Below, piece after piece: positions 1 to 9,351 of a stretch of DNA of 64,000 nucleotides; within the stretch, counting starts at the first letter, position 1, and each line of letters starts with the position of its first letter. The DNA is taken from contig JBBDMM010000016.1 of the NCBI GenBank assembly GCA_040878325.1, positions 1 to 64,000 on the forward strand, written 5' to 3'. The position numbers and the translations under genes were made by a program. The notes under the pieces are model-generated. The model was not told where the DNA came from and did not search any database. It saw only the letters and a program-made list of their open reading frames with translations. This stretch comes from Acidimicrobiia bacterium. Its GTDB lineage: Bacteria; Actinomycetota; Acidimicrobiia; Spongiisociales; UBA11373.

Positions 1-62
1 TTGGGGCCACCGTGGTCGTCGTTGGGGCCACCGTGGTCGTCGTTGGGGCCACCGTGGTCGTC
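1..62. repeat. 21-nt coding tandem repeat (GTTGGGGCCACCGTGGTCGTC x~3) encoding TTTVAPT units
   Basis: Directly visible at the window start. Confidence 0.85.
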
Positions 63-916
63 GTCGTAGGCGGCTCGTCCGGGCCTGAGATGGTTGTCGT
101 GGTGGTTGGAGCCGCGGTTGTGACGGACCCGCCGCCCGAGGTAGTGGTCGTCACGGCCACGGTGGTCGTGGTCGCGGCGACAGTCGTAGTTGTCGTCGGC
201 TCCTCGGGGCCCAACACCGTGGTGGTGGTGGTCGACGCGTCATCCGGGCAATGCGGACCCTGGTCGAGTTCACAGTTGTAGACGATCCATTCGTCATCGA
301 TCAGGTCATCCGGAATCGGCACGGGATCGCTGACATTCCCATCCTCGTCGATGGTCACCATGAAGCCTTCGGGTACTTCGGTATCGCCCACGCCTACCGA
401 GCCTTCGATCACAGCGACCGTGGTGGACCCGTCAGGGTTGAGGATCACTGCATAGACCGTTCCCTGAACCGACGCGGTGGCGGTCGGGGTCTCGATGTCG
501 AACCGGCTGGCCGCGTCGGTGAGTTCGGTGACGCGGTTGTAGGTGTTGCCCGAGGTCTGCTCGGCCTCGATCACCTTCGACTGCTCGTCATTGTCAAGGA
601 TCGCCATCGTCACGATCTTGAAAGTGGTGTCGTGGTCGAGGCGGGTCACCGAACCGTCGAACCATTCGATGGCGGCGCGGCCGTCGGCAGCCGTCCGCAC
701 AGTCGAACCCTCGGTGAGAATCTGGCCCTCAGACCCCGCAGAGAAGGTGGTGTCATCAACGCTCACTTCGACGGTGCCCGAGAAGACCCTCAAGGTTGCC
801 GTAGGCGCCGAGTCCCCACCCCCACCGCCAAAGCACGCGGAGAGGAGCAATACGGCGAGCAGCGCCGTACTGGCGAATCGAACAAGCCGAACCAGACGAG
901 TGCTTTCCCCGCGCAA
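1..916 (-). CDS. FecR-domain lipoprotein with Thr-rich repeats (3'-partial, runs off window); paralog of the adjacent gene
   Basis: Manual minus-strand translation from TTG 916 (SD AAGGAGG upstream): MRGESTRLVRLVRFASTALLAVLLLSAC|FGGGGGDSAPTATLRVFSGTVEV...DGRAAIEWFDGSVTRLDHDTTF...ETPTATASVQGT. FecR-like motifs match the neighbouring ORF; TTTVAPT repeats follow. Absent from the ORF track because no stop lies in the window. Confidence 0.8.
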   Translation of the reverse strand, partial: MRGESTRLVRLVRFASTALLAVLLLSACFGGGGGDSAPTATLRVFSGTVEVSVDDTTFSAGSEGQILTEGSTVRTAADGRAAIEWFDGSVTRLDHDTTFKIVTMAILDNDEQSKVIEAEQTSGNTYNRVTELTDAASRFDIETPTATASVQGTVYAVILNPDGSTTVAVIEGSVGVGDTEVPEGFMVTIDEDGNVSDPVPIPDDLIDDEWIVYNCELDQGPHCPDDASTTTTTVLGPEEPTTTTTVAATTTTVAVTTTTSGGGSVTTAAPTTTTTISGPDEPPTTTTTVAPTTTTVAPTTTTVAP

Positions 917-982
917 CGCCGCCCCTCCTTGAAGGAGCGATTATGGCAGGTTCCTAGGGATTAGTAACGCGAAATCTCGAAA

Positions 983-2620
983 TCAGGTGGCGAGCCCGTG
1001 GCGGCGACGCGAAGCCCAACCCACCGCCACCAGGCCGGCGATCGCGAGGAGCACGATGCCGACGCCCGGTCCGCCGGGACCACCACCGGGCAGCCGCAGC
1101 GGGACCGCCCCGTCGAGGTTGCAGCCCCCCTCCACGACATCGAACGGGACGATGTTCGACACCAGGTCCTCGCTGGTCACCTGCAATTGCACGGGACCGA
1201 CGATATTCCCGAAGATCTCTGTCGCGAACTCGCCCCCGTTGGCCCCGAAGGTCGGCCCGGTCTCGTCGTAGAGGATGTTGTCATCGGTTCCCTCGTCGAC
1301 ATCGGCGAAGGTCACGTCCTGATTGGTATCGACCACGTTCCCGTAGTCATCGACAATGAAGCCGTTGAAGAATTGCGATTCGCAATAAGGAAGATCGTTG
1401 ACTGCTTCCGGATACAACTCGATGTCCTCCGCAGGGCCAGGCACGACCTCGAGGAACGCCGAGTCTTGGTGGCCCTCGTAGGTGCCGACGATCTCGTACA
1501 TGCCGGCGGTGGTGGGGCCGCAGAAGTCGCCGTCGCAAGGCTCTCCGAGCTGGATTTCGCCGAAGGCCGCCGCCAGCGGAACGCCACTTGCAACGAAGAT
1601 CTCGCCCTGACCCTCCCCGAAGAACGGATACGCGACATAGTCGGCATCCACGAATCCCAGGAAGTTGTCCCCGGCATCGAAGGCCCCCGCGGTGTACTTC
1701 CGGGACTCGCCGGCTTCGATGGTGAATTCCGCGGGCGCTATCACGATGTAGGAGATCGGCGGCATCGTCGTGGTGGTGGTCGTGGGGGCCATCGTCGTGG
1801 TGGTGGTCGCCGCGGTCGTCGAAGTCGTGGTCGGTGGGGGTGGCGGGTTCGTAGTCGTGGTCGTGGTCGGTGCCACCGTGGTGGTGGTAGCCGCGGTGGT
1901 GGTCGTCGCAGGAACAGTCGTGGTGGTTGTGGTGGGCGGTTCCTCACAACCAGACAGTCCATCGAGGTCACATTGGTTGAACAGGATCCAATCACTGCCC
2001 AAGAATTCGTCGGGAATCGGCTCCAACTCGCCGATGGTGCCGTCGGCGGCGATCGTCACCATGAAGCCCGCCGGCACCTCGATCTCGTCGTCACCTGAAG
2101 TGACCACCACTGAACCCTCGAGCACCGCGATGGTGATCGACCCGTCGGCATTGAAGATGACGGCGTAGATCGTTCCCTGCACCGAGGCCACCGCCGTCGG
2201 GGTTTCGACCGCGAAGCGGCTCTCGGAATCGGTCAGTTCGGTGACCCGGTTGTAGGTGTTGCCGGATTCCTGGTCGCCTTCGATGACCGTCGACCCCTGG
2301 TCGTTGTCCAGTATCTGCAGAGTCACGATCGTGAAATTGGTGTTGTGGTCGAGCCGGGTCACCGACCCGTCGAAGTACTCGATCGCGGCACGCCCATCGG
2401 CACCCGTGCGCACCGTGTCGCCTTCAGAAATCGTCTGTCCGTCGGAACCGGCCGCGAACTGGCCGTCGGTCCCCACCTCGACGCTGCCGGCAAAGACGCG
2501 CAACGTGGCCACCTGCACGTCGGGATCGCCGCTCGATCCCCCGCAGGCAGCCAGGACGAGGATGAACGCGATCCCCAGAAGGTGGAGATTGCGGATTCCG
2601 TGGGTGGCCTGACGACCTAT
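983..2620 (-). CDS. FecR-domain surface protein: lipobox, FecR domain, Thr/Pro linker, acidic beta-rich region, C-terminal LPxxG-TM-RRR anchor
   Basis: ORF 983..2518 extends in frame upstream through IRNLHLLGIAFILVLAAC (lipobox) to ATA at 2620, 6 nt after AAGGAG. FecR motifs GDTVRTGADGRAAIEYFDGS and VETPTAVASVQGT. C-terminus LPGGG...GIVLLAIAGLVAVGWASRRR. Confidence 0.8.
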   Translation of the reverse strand: MGRQATHGIRNLHLLGIAFILVLAACGGSSGDPDVQVATLRVFAGSVEVGTDGQFAAGSDGQTISEGDTVRTGADGRAAIEYFDGSVTRLDHNTNFTIVTLQILDNDQGSTVIEGDQESGNTYNRVTELTDSESRFAVETPTAVASVQGTIYAVIFNADGSITIAVLEGSVVVTSGDDEIEVPAGFMVTIAADGTIGELEPIPDEFLGSDWILFNQCDLDGLSGCEEPPTTTTTTVPATTTTAATTTTVAPTTTTTTNPPPPPTTTSTTAATTTTTMAPTTTTTTMPPISYIVIAPAEFTIEAGESRKYTAGAFDAGDNFLGFVDADYVAYPFFGEGQGEIFVASGVPLAAAFGEIQLGEPCDGDFCGPTTAGMYEIVGTYEGHQDSAFLEVVPGPAEDIELYPEAVNDLPYCESQFFNGFIVDDYGNVVDTNQDVTFADVDEGTDDNILYDETGPTFGANGGEFATEIFGNIVGPVQLQVTSEDLVSNIVPFDVVEGGCNLDGAVPLRLPGGGPGGPGVGIVLLAIAGLVAVGWASRRRHGLAT

Positions 2621-2724
2621 GGGTGGCTCCTTCGTCTACTCCGGCATTGTCGCCGACTGGGTGCGCTATCGGCAAGCGCCGCGCGATTCCTTTAGCGATC
2701 GGAGAGGTTTATTAGCGTCGGACG

Positions 2725-3519
2725 ATGCTCAAGACGCTGGTAGCGGTCCTGATCGTCGTCGCGGCATGCAGTGCGCCAACAGTCGACGCCGATCCGACCA
2801 CACCGGAGGGACGTTCCGCAAGAGTTGCCGCGGTGCTCGATGGCGACTCGGTGAGAGTGGTCGTCGACGGCGCGACGACGGAGGTCCGACTGCTGGGAAT
2901 CAACGCGCCGGAGGTCGACGAGTGTTGGGCCGACGAAGCCCGCACGGCCCTCCAGAACCTGCTCGAGGACGAGATCACGCTCGTCGAGGACGGTGCGGAC
3001 CAATTCGGACGGACCCTCGCCCACCTTCATTCGGGCGGGCGACACATCAACCTGGCGTTGGTGGAGGCGGGGGCGGCGATCGCCCTGGCAACGGAGCACC
3101 CCGACTTCGCCGCTGCCGAGCAAGCCGCCTTCGAGGATCGGCTGGGGCTGTGGTCGCCGACCGCATGCGGACCCGCGGCCACGCTCGAGGTTCACATCTC
3201 AGAGGTGTCCTTCGACGCGCCCGGACCCGACGACGAGAACCAGAACGGCGAATTCGCCGTGGTCTCCAATGAAGGGCCCGAAGCCGACCTCGGGGGATGG
3301 TGGATCCGCGACGAGTCGTCCACCCACCGCTTCCGCTTCCCCGACGGGTTCGTGCTCGGCACGGGCGACCGGGTGATCATCCGCTCGGGCTGCGGACAGG
3401 ACGGGAGCGGCGAGCTCTACTGGTGCGCCAATGGCCCCGTCTGGAACAACGACGGCGACATGGCAATGCTGCTGGACGCCTACGGAAACGTAGACGACCG
3501 TTGGCGATACGAGGGGTAG
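2725..3519 (+). CDS. Lipoprotein with thermonuclease (SNase) domain and lamin-tail domain
   Basis: Lipobox VAAC; SNase motifs LDGDS, VRLLGINAPE, DQFGRTLA, GLW; LTD motifs NGEFAVVSN, DLGGW, VWNNDGD. Confidence 0.85.
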   Translation: MLKTLVAVLIVVAACSAPTVDADPTTPEGRSARVAAVLDGDSVRVVVDGATTEVRLLGINAPEVDECWADEARTALQNLLEDEITLVEDGADQFGRTLAHLHSGGRHINLALVEAGAAIALATEHPDFAAAEQAAFEDRLGLWSPTACGPAATLEVHISEVSFDAPGPDDENQNGEFAVVSNEGPEADLGGWWIRDESSTHRFRFPDGFVLGTGDRVIIRSGCGQDGSGELYWCANGPVWNNDGDMAMLLDAYGNVDDRWRYEG

Positions 3520-3600
3520 CAAGAATCAAGTAGCAAGTAGCAAGTAGCAAGAAGAGAAGTGTGACCCTTTCTTGCTGCTTGATTCTCGCTACTTGCTACT
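3516..3600. repeat. Inverted pair of heptamer tandem arrays (GTAGCAA)n / (CTTGCTA)n
   Basis: gtagcaa gaatcaa gtagcaa gtagcaa gtagcaa ... cttgctg cttgatt ctcgcta cttgcta. Confidence 0.85.
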
Positions 3601-3619
3601 CCAACTACCGTCCCTCGGG

Positions 3620-4627
3620 ATGGAGCCCATCGACACTCTGGGACGGCCGCTCCGGGATCTACGGATCTCGGTGACGGATCGGTGCAACTTCCGATGCACC
3701 TATTGCATGCCGAAGGAAGTGTTCGGCCGCGACTACGAGTTCCTCGCCCGCGACCTGCTGCTCTCCTTCGAGGAGATCGTTCGGGTCACCCGGGTGTTCA
3801 CAGGGTTGGGGGTCCGCAAGGTGCGGCTCACCGGCGGCGAGCCGCTGCTACGCCGTGACATCGAGACGCTGGTGGGCATGCTCGCCGAAGTGCCCGGCGT
3901 CGAGGATCTCACGCTCACCACCAACGGCTCGTTGCTGGAGCGCAAGGCGGAGGCCCTGGCGGCCGCCGGACTCGACCGGGTGACCGTGAGCCTGGACTCG
4001 CTCGAGGACGCCACTTTCATGGCGATGAACGACGTCGGGTTTCCCGTGGCAAGGGTCCTCGCCGGCATGGACGCCGCCGAGGCGCATGGCCTGGGTCCGG
4101 TGAAGGTGAACGTGGTGGTCAAGCGAGGTGTCAATGATCACGAGGTCGTCGACATCGCCCGGCATTTCCGGGGGACGGGACGGATCGTCCGGTTCATCGA
4201 ATACATGGATGTCGGCCACACGAACGGCTGGCGCATGGACGACGTGGTACCCAGCGCCGAGGTCCAACAGGCGATCGCCGCCGATGCCCCCTTCGAGCCG
4301 ATCGCTTCCAACTACCCGGGAGAGGTCGCCAACCGCTTCCGCTACCTCGACGGTTCGGGCGAGTTCGGGGTGATCGCCTCCGTCACCCAACCGTTCTGCG
4401 GATCCTGTACCAGGGCCCGGCTCTCGGCGGAAGGGTCCCTGTTCACCTGCCTGTTCGCCACCGGCGGCCACGACCTACGGGCGCTGATGCGGGGAGGGGC
4501 TTCCGACGAGGATCTACACAGCGCGATCGCCGGCGTATGGACGGCCCGCAGCGACCGCTATTCGGAGATCAGGTCTGAGTCGACCAGCGGCTGGCAGAAA
4601 GTCGAGATGTCCTACATCGGCGGGTAG
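3620..4627 (+). CDS. moaA: GTP 3',8-cyclase (molybdenum cofactor biosynthesis)
   Basis: [16 protein letters not shown] radical SAM motif, [11 protein letters not shown]-terminal MSYIGG. Confidence 0.97.
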   Translation: MEPIDTLGRPLRDLRISVTDRCNFRCTYCMPKEVFGRDYEFLARDLLLSFEEIVRVTRVFTGLGVRKVRLTGGEPLLRRDIETLVGMLAEVPGVEDLTLTTNGSLLERKAEALAAAGLDRVTVSLDSLEDATFMAMNDVGFPVARVLAGMDAAEAHGLGPVKVNVVVKRGVNDHEVVDIARHFRGTGRIVRFIEYMDVGHTNGWRMDDVVPSAEVQQAIAADAPFEPIASNYPGEVANRFRYLDGSGEFGVIASVTQPFCGSCTRARLSAEGSLFTCLFATGGHDLRALMRGGASDEDLHSAIAGVWTARSDRYSEIRSESTSGWQKVEMSYIGG

Positions 4628-4797
4628 GAGCGGCTCTATGGCTCGGACCAGGGCGAACGCGTCAGGCGGTGGCCGGCGTTCCGCGAGGATTCAGCGGGAA
4701 GCCCCAGGATGGTGTCGCTGCAGACCAAGTCAAAGTGAGTGAGCCCATCGATCTTGCCCCAGATGCCGATGCCTGACACCGGGCGAAATGTCCGTCG

Positions 4798-4842
4798 GTC
4801 ATGTACCGAATCTAAAGGTTCTGGTTAGTATCGGTACATGAC
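4798..4842. promoter_or_regulatory. Inverted repeat overlapping the antitoxin start; probable AbiEi autoregulatory operator
   Basis: GTCATGTACCGA (4798-4809) and TCGGTACATGAC (4831-4842) form a perfect 12-bp IR. AbiEi proteins are known to repress their own promoter through IRs. Confidence 0.65.
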
Positions 4843-5656
4843 TGACATGGGAACGCCGCCTGGATCGCGCGACCTAGCCGACTGGTTGTTGGCCCGTGGT
4901 CGGCATTGGGTGACCACAAGCGAGGCCGCCAAGCTGCTCAGCATCCCGAAACCCCATGTGGCGCCTTCGCTGGCCCAGTCGCGCCGACGAGGACACCTGT
5001 TCAGCCCGACGAAGGGATTGTATGTTGCCATCCCGCCCGAGTTCCGCTCTTGGGGTGCTGTTCCGGCAGCCCATTTCGTCGATCCGATGATGCGTCACCT
5101 CGGCCACGACTACTACGTCTGTTTGCTGTCGGCGGCTGAGGTGTACGGGTTCGCCCATCAGCATCCTCAGGTATTTCAGGTGATGACGCCAACGCGGCTG
5201 CGTGATCGGGTGTTCGGGCGGGTCCGTATCGAGTTCATCACCTCCGTTCGCACCTCGGATCGTCCCGTGGATGCCGTCAACACCCCGACCGGCACGATGC
5301 GTGTCTCCACTCGAGAAACCACCATTCTCGATCTCGTGTCCTTCCCCCAGGCGAGCGGAGCCTTGTTCAACGTTGCCACCATCATCGGAGAGATGCTGGC
5401 CGAGAAGGTTGTCGATGTTCCTCGTCTTGCCGAGGTCGCCGGCGACTACCCGGCCTCCGTTGTTCAGCGAACTGGGTGGCTCCTCGACTACATGGCTGCG
5501 CAGGTCAACGTGGCCGCGGACACTGAGCCGCTGTTGCCCCTGGCGTCCACGCGGACTACACCCACGGCCCTCGATCCGGGCTATGGGCGATCTGGGACGC
5601 TTGATCGGCGCTGGAACGTCATCATCGCCGAGTACCCGGACGAAGAGTCGTCGTGA
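4838..5656 (+). CDS. Type IV toxin-antitoxin system AbiEi-family antitoxin
   Basis: N-terminal wHTH, GLYVAIPPE, YYVCLLSAAEVYG..HQ.PQVFQV, VSTRETTILD, QRTGWLL, RWNVI; GTGA overlap with the next gene. Confidence 0.88.
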   Translation: MTDMGTPPGSRDLADWLLARGRHWVTTSEAAKLLSIPKPHVAPSLAQSRRRGHLFSPTKGLYVAIPPEFRSWGAVPAAHFVDPMMRHLGHDYYVCLLSAAEVYGFAHQHPQVFQVMTPTRLRDRVFGRVRIEFITSVRTSDRPVDAVNTPTGTMRVSTRETTILDLVSFPQASGALFNVATIIGEMLAEKVVDVPRLAEVAGDYPASVVQRTGWLLDYMAAQVNVAADTEPLLPLASTRTTPTALDPGYGRSGTLDRRWNVIIAEYPDEESS

Positions 5657-6432
5657 TCCCCCGAGCGGCGATCACGGCATGGGGCACCACGGTGCCGTGG
5701 CCCACCGTCGAGCAGATCGAGCAAGACCTGCTGCTCTCCCGTCTCATCGTCGAGATAGCCAACGACGACTACCTCGGCAACGAACTGGTGTTCCGAGGTG
5801 GCACCTGCATGCACAAGCTCCACGCCCCCGAGCCGCTGCGCTACAGCGAGGACCTCGACTACGTCCGCAGCACTAGCGGCGGGATCCGAGAGCTCACTGG
5901 GGCCGTTACTCAGATCGGGAAGCGGCTCGGCATGGAGGTGAGAACGAGGCTCACCGAGCACCCCAAGATGTTCCTGCGCGCGCACTATGAAACCGGGACA
6001 GGTCCAATGAGGATCAAGATCGAGGTCAACACCTTCGAGCGCTCGCCGGCGCGCCCGCCCGTCAAGATCCCGTTCCAGGTGGACTCCTCCTGGTTCACCG
6101 GCGGTGCCGAGGTGCTCACGTTCATGCTCGATGAGGTCATTGCCACGAAGATTCGAGCTCTGTTCCAGCGCTCGAAGGGGCGCGACCTGTTCGATCTCTG
6201 GCTAGCCCTGACCCGGCTCGGCGTGCCGGCGTCATCGATCGTCGAGGCCTTCGGCCCCTACCGGCCCCACGGGTACACCAGACGTCGTGCCGAGCTGAAC
6301 CTGCGCGAGAAGGTGAAACGAGCAGCCTTCCGCGAGGACATCCGCCCGCTGGTGAGGGCCTGGCCCGCGGGCTACGACATCGACGCTGCAGCTGAACTCA
6401 TTGTGGCCGACATCCTTGCTCTGGTCGAGTAG
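5653..6432 (+). CDS. Nucleotidyltransferase AbiEii/AbiGii-family toxin
   Basis: QIEQDLLLS, FRGGT, RYSEDLD, KIEVN, TKIRALFQRSKGRDLFD. Confidence 0.92.
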   Translation: MIPRAAITAWGTTVPWPTVEQIEQDLLLSRLIVEIANDDYLGNELVFRGGTCMHKLHAPEPLRYSEDLDYVRSTSGGIRELTGAVTQIGKRLGMEVRTRLTEHPKMFLRAHYETGTGPMRIKIEVNTFERSPARPPVKIPFQVDSSWFTGGAEVLTFMLDEVIATKIRALFQRSKGRDLFDLWLALTRLGVPASSIVEAFGPYRPHGYTRRRAELNLREKVKRAAFREDIRPLVRAWPAGYDIDAAAELIVADILALVE

Positions 6433-6508
6433 TCGAGAGTCTTCGAAGCGAAACGACGACAACACCCATGGAGATGTCCTACATCGGCGAGTGGAAGAGT
6501 CAAGGATC

Positions 6509-7219
6509 ATGAGCCGAGAAAGTCACCAAAGCGGTTACCGTCATGTCGTGGATCCGTCCGAACGCGCCCGAATCGGCAAAATGACTCATCCGGTTCGGGG
6601 CCTCCTTCACGGGACCGCGGCGCTCGCCGCGCTGATCGGAGCCCTCGCCCTCACCAGCAATGCGCCTGACGGCGTGGCCCGGAAATTGTCGTTGCTGGCG
6701 TTCGGGATCAGCCTGGTCGCGCTGTTCGTCACGAGTTCGCTGTACCACTCGATCCCCTGGGACCATGTGTGGAAGAAGCGCATGCAGAAACTCGACCACA
6801 CGATGATCTATGTGTTGGTGGCGGGAACCTTCACACCGATCGCGGTGATCGTCCTCGAGGACTGGGCCCGATGGACGATTCTGGGGCTCCAGTGGGGCCT
6901 CGTGGCCATCGGGGCGCTCTACATGTTCATCGCCAAGCCGCCGCGGCATTGGGTTTCAGTGGCGTTGTCGACGACTCAGGGCTGGCTGGCGGTGTTTCTC
7001 CTCGGACCGCTGTCGAGCCGGCTCCCGTGGACCGCGCTGTTGATGATCGGTCTGGGCGGCGTGCTCTACACAGTGGGGATGGTGTTCCTGGTGACGGGAC
7101 GACCCCGGCTGTGGCCAAGGGTCTTCTCGTACCACGAGGCGTTCCATGTGCTGGTGGTGGCGGCGGCCGCGGTGCACTTCATCGCCATCGCCCGCTGGGT
7201 GTCGAACTACGGGGTCTAG
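6509..7219 (+). CDS. Hemolysin III / PAQR family membrane protein
   Basis: SSLYH, KLDHTMIYVLVAGTFTP, GGVLYTVG, YHEAFH; start could also be the ATG at 6580. Confidence 0.92.
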   Translation: MSRESHQSGYRHVVDPSERARIGKMTHPVRGLLHGTAALAALIGALALTSNAPDGVARKLSLLAFGISLVALFVTSSLYHSIPWDHVWKKRMQKLDHTMIYVLVAGTFTPIAVIVLEDWARWTILGLQWGLVAIGALYMFIAKPPRHWVSVALSTTQGWLAVFLLGPLSSRLPWTALLMIGLGGVLYTVGMVFLVTGRPRLWPRVFSYHEAFHVLVVAAAAVHFIAIARWVSNYGV

Positions 7220-7232
7220 GGGGTGAGCCGCC

Positions 7233-8135
7233 TTAGGTCGCAACCATCCCCATGCGGCGCTCGAAGATCTCCGCCTTGCGAAGCACGGTCGCCGGGAACT
7301 CGATGACCTTCTCCTGCAGCTCACGTGCCCGGGCTGACAGCCCGGTGAGGTTCTCGATCCCCCAGTCACGGATCAGCGGGACCAGCACTCGATCGTGGTG
7401 GATCCGAAGGTTGTAGACCCCCGCCCGTGCCATTTCTACGGCCCGCCGCACGAACCCGGGGATCACGATGCCTGGCATCGCGAAGTTGGTGAACACCCGA
7501 TACATGGCATCGAGCATGGTCTCCGGATCGGCCTCGAGTAGAGCCTCGGTCACCCCGCGGTAGAACAGGAAGTGGTGGTTCTCGTCGGTGGCGATCCGCG
7601 CCATGATCCCGTAGGCCACCTCGTCGTCGGCGAGCTTTCCGGCATTGCGATGGCTCACCCGGGTGGCCAACTCTTGGGCCGAGGTGTACACGAAGATCGC
7701 CGCCGGGTCTGGGAAGCCGGTGCTGTGCCCGGCCTCCATCGTGAGCAGGCGGTCGTCCTCGAGCAGTTTCGGGTCGCAATTGCGCGAGGTCAGAAGGTAG
7801 GAGCGGAGGGCGATGGAATGCTGGGCCTCCTCGGATGTCCACATGTGGGTCCAGCGACCCATGGCGGATCCCTCCGGCATGTGGGAGGCGATCTCCGCGT
7901 GGTAATAGGGCAGGTTGTCTTCGGTCAGCAGATTGAGAACCAGGGAAGTACGAACCTCGGGCGAGAGAGAAGCGTCGGCCTCCTGCCACGGCTCGGCGAC
8001 GAAGTTGCGGCCCTTCTCCCAGGGGACGTACTCGTGGGCGTACCAGTGCTCGCGGCGTTCCTTGTGCTCGGCCATGAGGCGCTCGACCGTGGGTTCGACG
8101 GACGCGATCAGTTCGGACTGCTGCTGGTCGATCAT
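7233..8135 (-). CDS. Acyl-ACP desaturase (DesA1-like diiron protein)
   Basis: NLLTEDNLPYYH, WTSEEAQH, QELATRVSH, IATDENHH. Confidence 0.92.
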   Translation of the reverse strand: MIDQQQSELIASVEPTVERLMAEHKERREHWYAHEYVPWEKGRNFVAEPWQEADASLSPEVRTSLVLNLLTEDNLPYYHAEIASHMPEGSAMGRWTHMWTSEEAQHSIALRSYLLTSRNCDPKLLEDDRLLTMEAGHSTGFPDPAAIFVYTSAQELATRVSHRNAGKLADDEVAYGIMARIATDENHHFLFYRGVTEALLEADPETMLDAMYRVFTNFAMPGIVIPGFVRRAVEMARAGVYNLRIHHDRVLVPLIRDWGIENLTGLSARARELQEKVIEFPATVLRKAEIFERRMGMVAT

Positions 8136-8259
8136 GGTGTGCCCCTTCGGCGCCCCGGACGGGGTCAGGCGTCCGTAAAGACATTAGTGCCGGCACGGCT
8201 GATCACCGCACTCCCATGGCGGTGGGACTAGGTTTCGCCCCCACTCGGACGGGGGGGAG

Positions 8260-9297
8260 ATGCGAGCGAGAGCGGCAGTACTGGCACTGGCCCTGGCGGC
8301 CTGCGGCGGCAGCGGGGCGAGCACCACGACCGGAGCCCCGGGGACGACCGCCGGCACCCAGACGACCACCACTGGCGCCCCGACGACCACCGCCGCTGCG
8401 ACCACCACCACCGCGGACAGCGGCCCGGTTGCAGTCGTCGCGGTAGTTCCCTATCCGCTGGAGATGGCGGACTTCGCCAGCAATTCTGCCCCTGACCTTG
8501 GGGTGACGATGGCCCTCGTCACCGGCAGCCCGCTCAAGGCGATATTCAGCGCCACCGACGAGTTCCCGGGAGACTGCCTCGGGTTCACCATTTGGAGCCC
8601 CGACTTTCTGACGCAGTACGCCAACGGCCACGTTGACATCAAGCCCGACGGTTGTGAAGGCGCCGAAGTCGTCTTCGGCGAGGACGAGATCGTGATCCGC
8701 ACCGGACGCACCATCGTCGTCGAGCTGGGCGATCTCCCCGACGCGCCGTTCATCCCCGCATTCCAGGTGCTCGATGCAGGATTCCAATCGGGCTTCTACT
8801 CGCGGCCCCTGCTGATCCCGGCCGAGCCCGACGAAGTAACGGACCTCGGCCCCGGCCTGATCGTCAACGTGCTGGGCGGCGAGAATTTCGAGATCGGAGC
8901 AGACGGGGCATGGGCCGTCGCCGATTTCCCCCCGGCCCAGCCCGGCATCTGTGAGCCTGCCGGCGGTCTCGTGTGCCTGAACGGGGACCGATTCCGAGTC
9001 GAGGTGAAATTCGCTACGGGCGGAGCGACCGACCCGGTGAGATTGATCACGAGTCAGGATGACACCGGCATCTTCTATTTCTTCGATGCGGACAACTACA
9101 ACCTCATCATCAAGATCTTGAACGGCTGTTCGGTCAACAACCACTACTGGGTGTTCATCGGGGGACCCGTCGGCACCGATGCCGATGCCGACGTGACCAT
9201 CGAGGACACCAACTCCACCGACGAGGCCACCTACGAGTATCGACCGAGCAGCGGGCCGGTCATCATCGACACCGGGGCCTTCGCCACCTGCCCGTAG
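8260..9297 (+). CDS. Lipoprotein with Thr-rich linker and Cys-bracketed C-terminal domain
   Basis: Lipobox LAAC, TTT linker; C-terminal CLNGDRFRVEV...DTGIFYFFD..N...KILNGC..NNHYWVF...DTGAFATCP. Confidence 0.8.
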   Translation: MRARAAVLALALAACGGSGASTTTGAPGTTAGTQTTTTGAPTTTAAATTTTADSGPVAVVAVVPYPLEMADFASNSAPDLGVTMALVTGSPLKAIFSATDEFPGDCLGFTIWSPDFLTQYANGHVDIKPDGCEGAEVVFGEDEIVIRTGRTIVVELGDLPDAPFIPAFQVLDAGFQSGFYSRPLLIPAEPDEVTDLGPGLIVNVLGGENFEIGADGAWAVADFPPAQPGICEPAGGLVCLNGDRFRVEVKFATGGATDPVRLITSQDDTGIFYFFDADNYNLIIKILNGCSVNNHYWVFIGGPVGTDADADVTIEDTNSTDEATYEYRPSSGPVIIDTGAFATCP

Positions 9298-9351
9298 GAG
9301 GGCCGACAGCCAACAGCCACCAGCCAGACGCGTACGAGCGGCCATCGTGTC

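Larger units (their letters stand above)
4604..6489. mobile_element. Minimal island (AbiE toxin-antitoxin pair) bounded by a 19-bp direct repeat of the moaA 3' end
   Basis: GAGATGTCCTACATCGGCG at 4604-4622 (inside the moaA end) and identical at 6471-6489. Confidence 0.7.
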
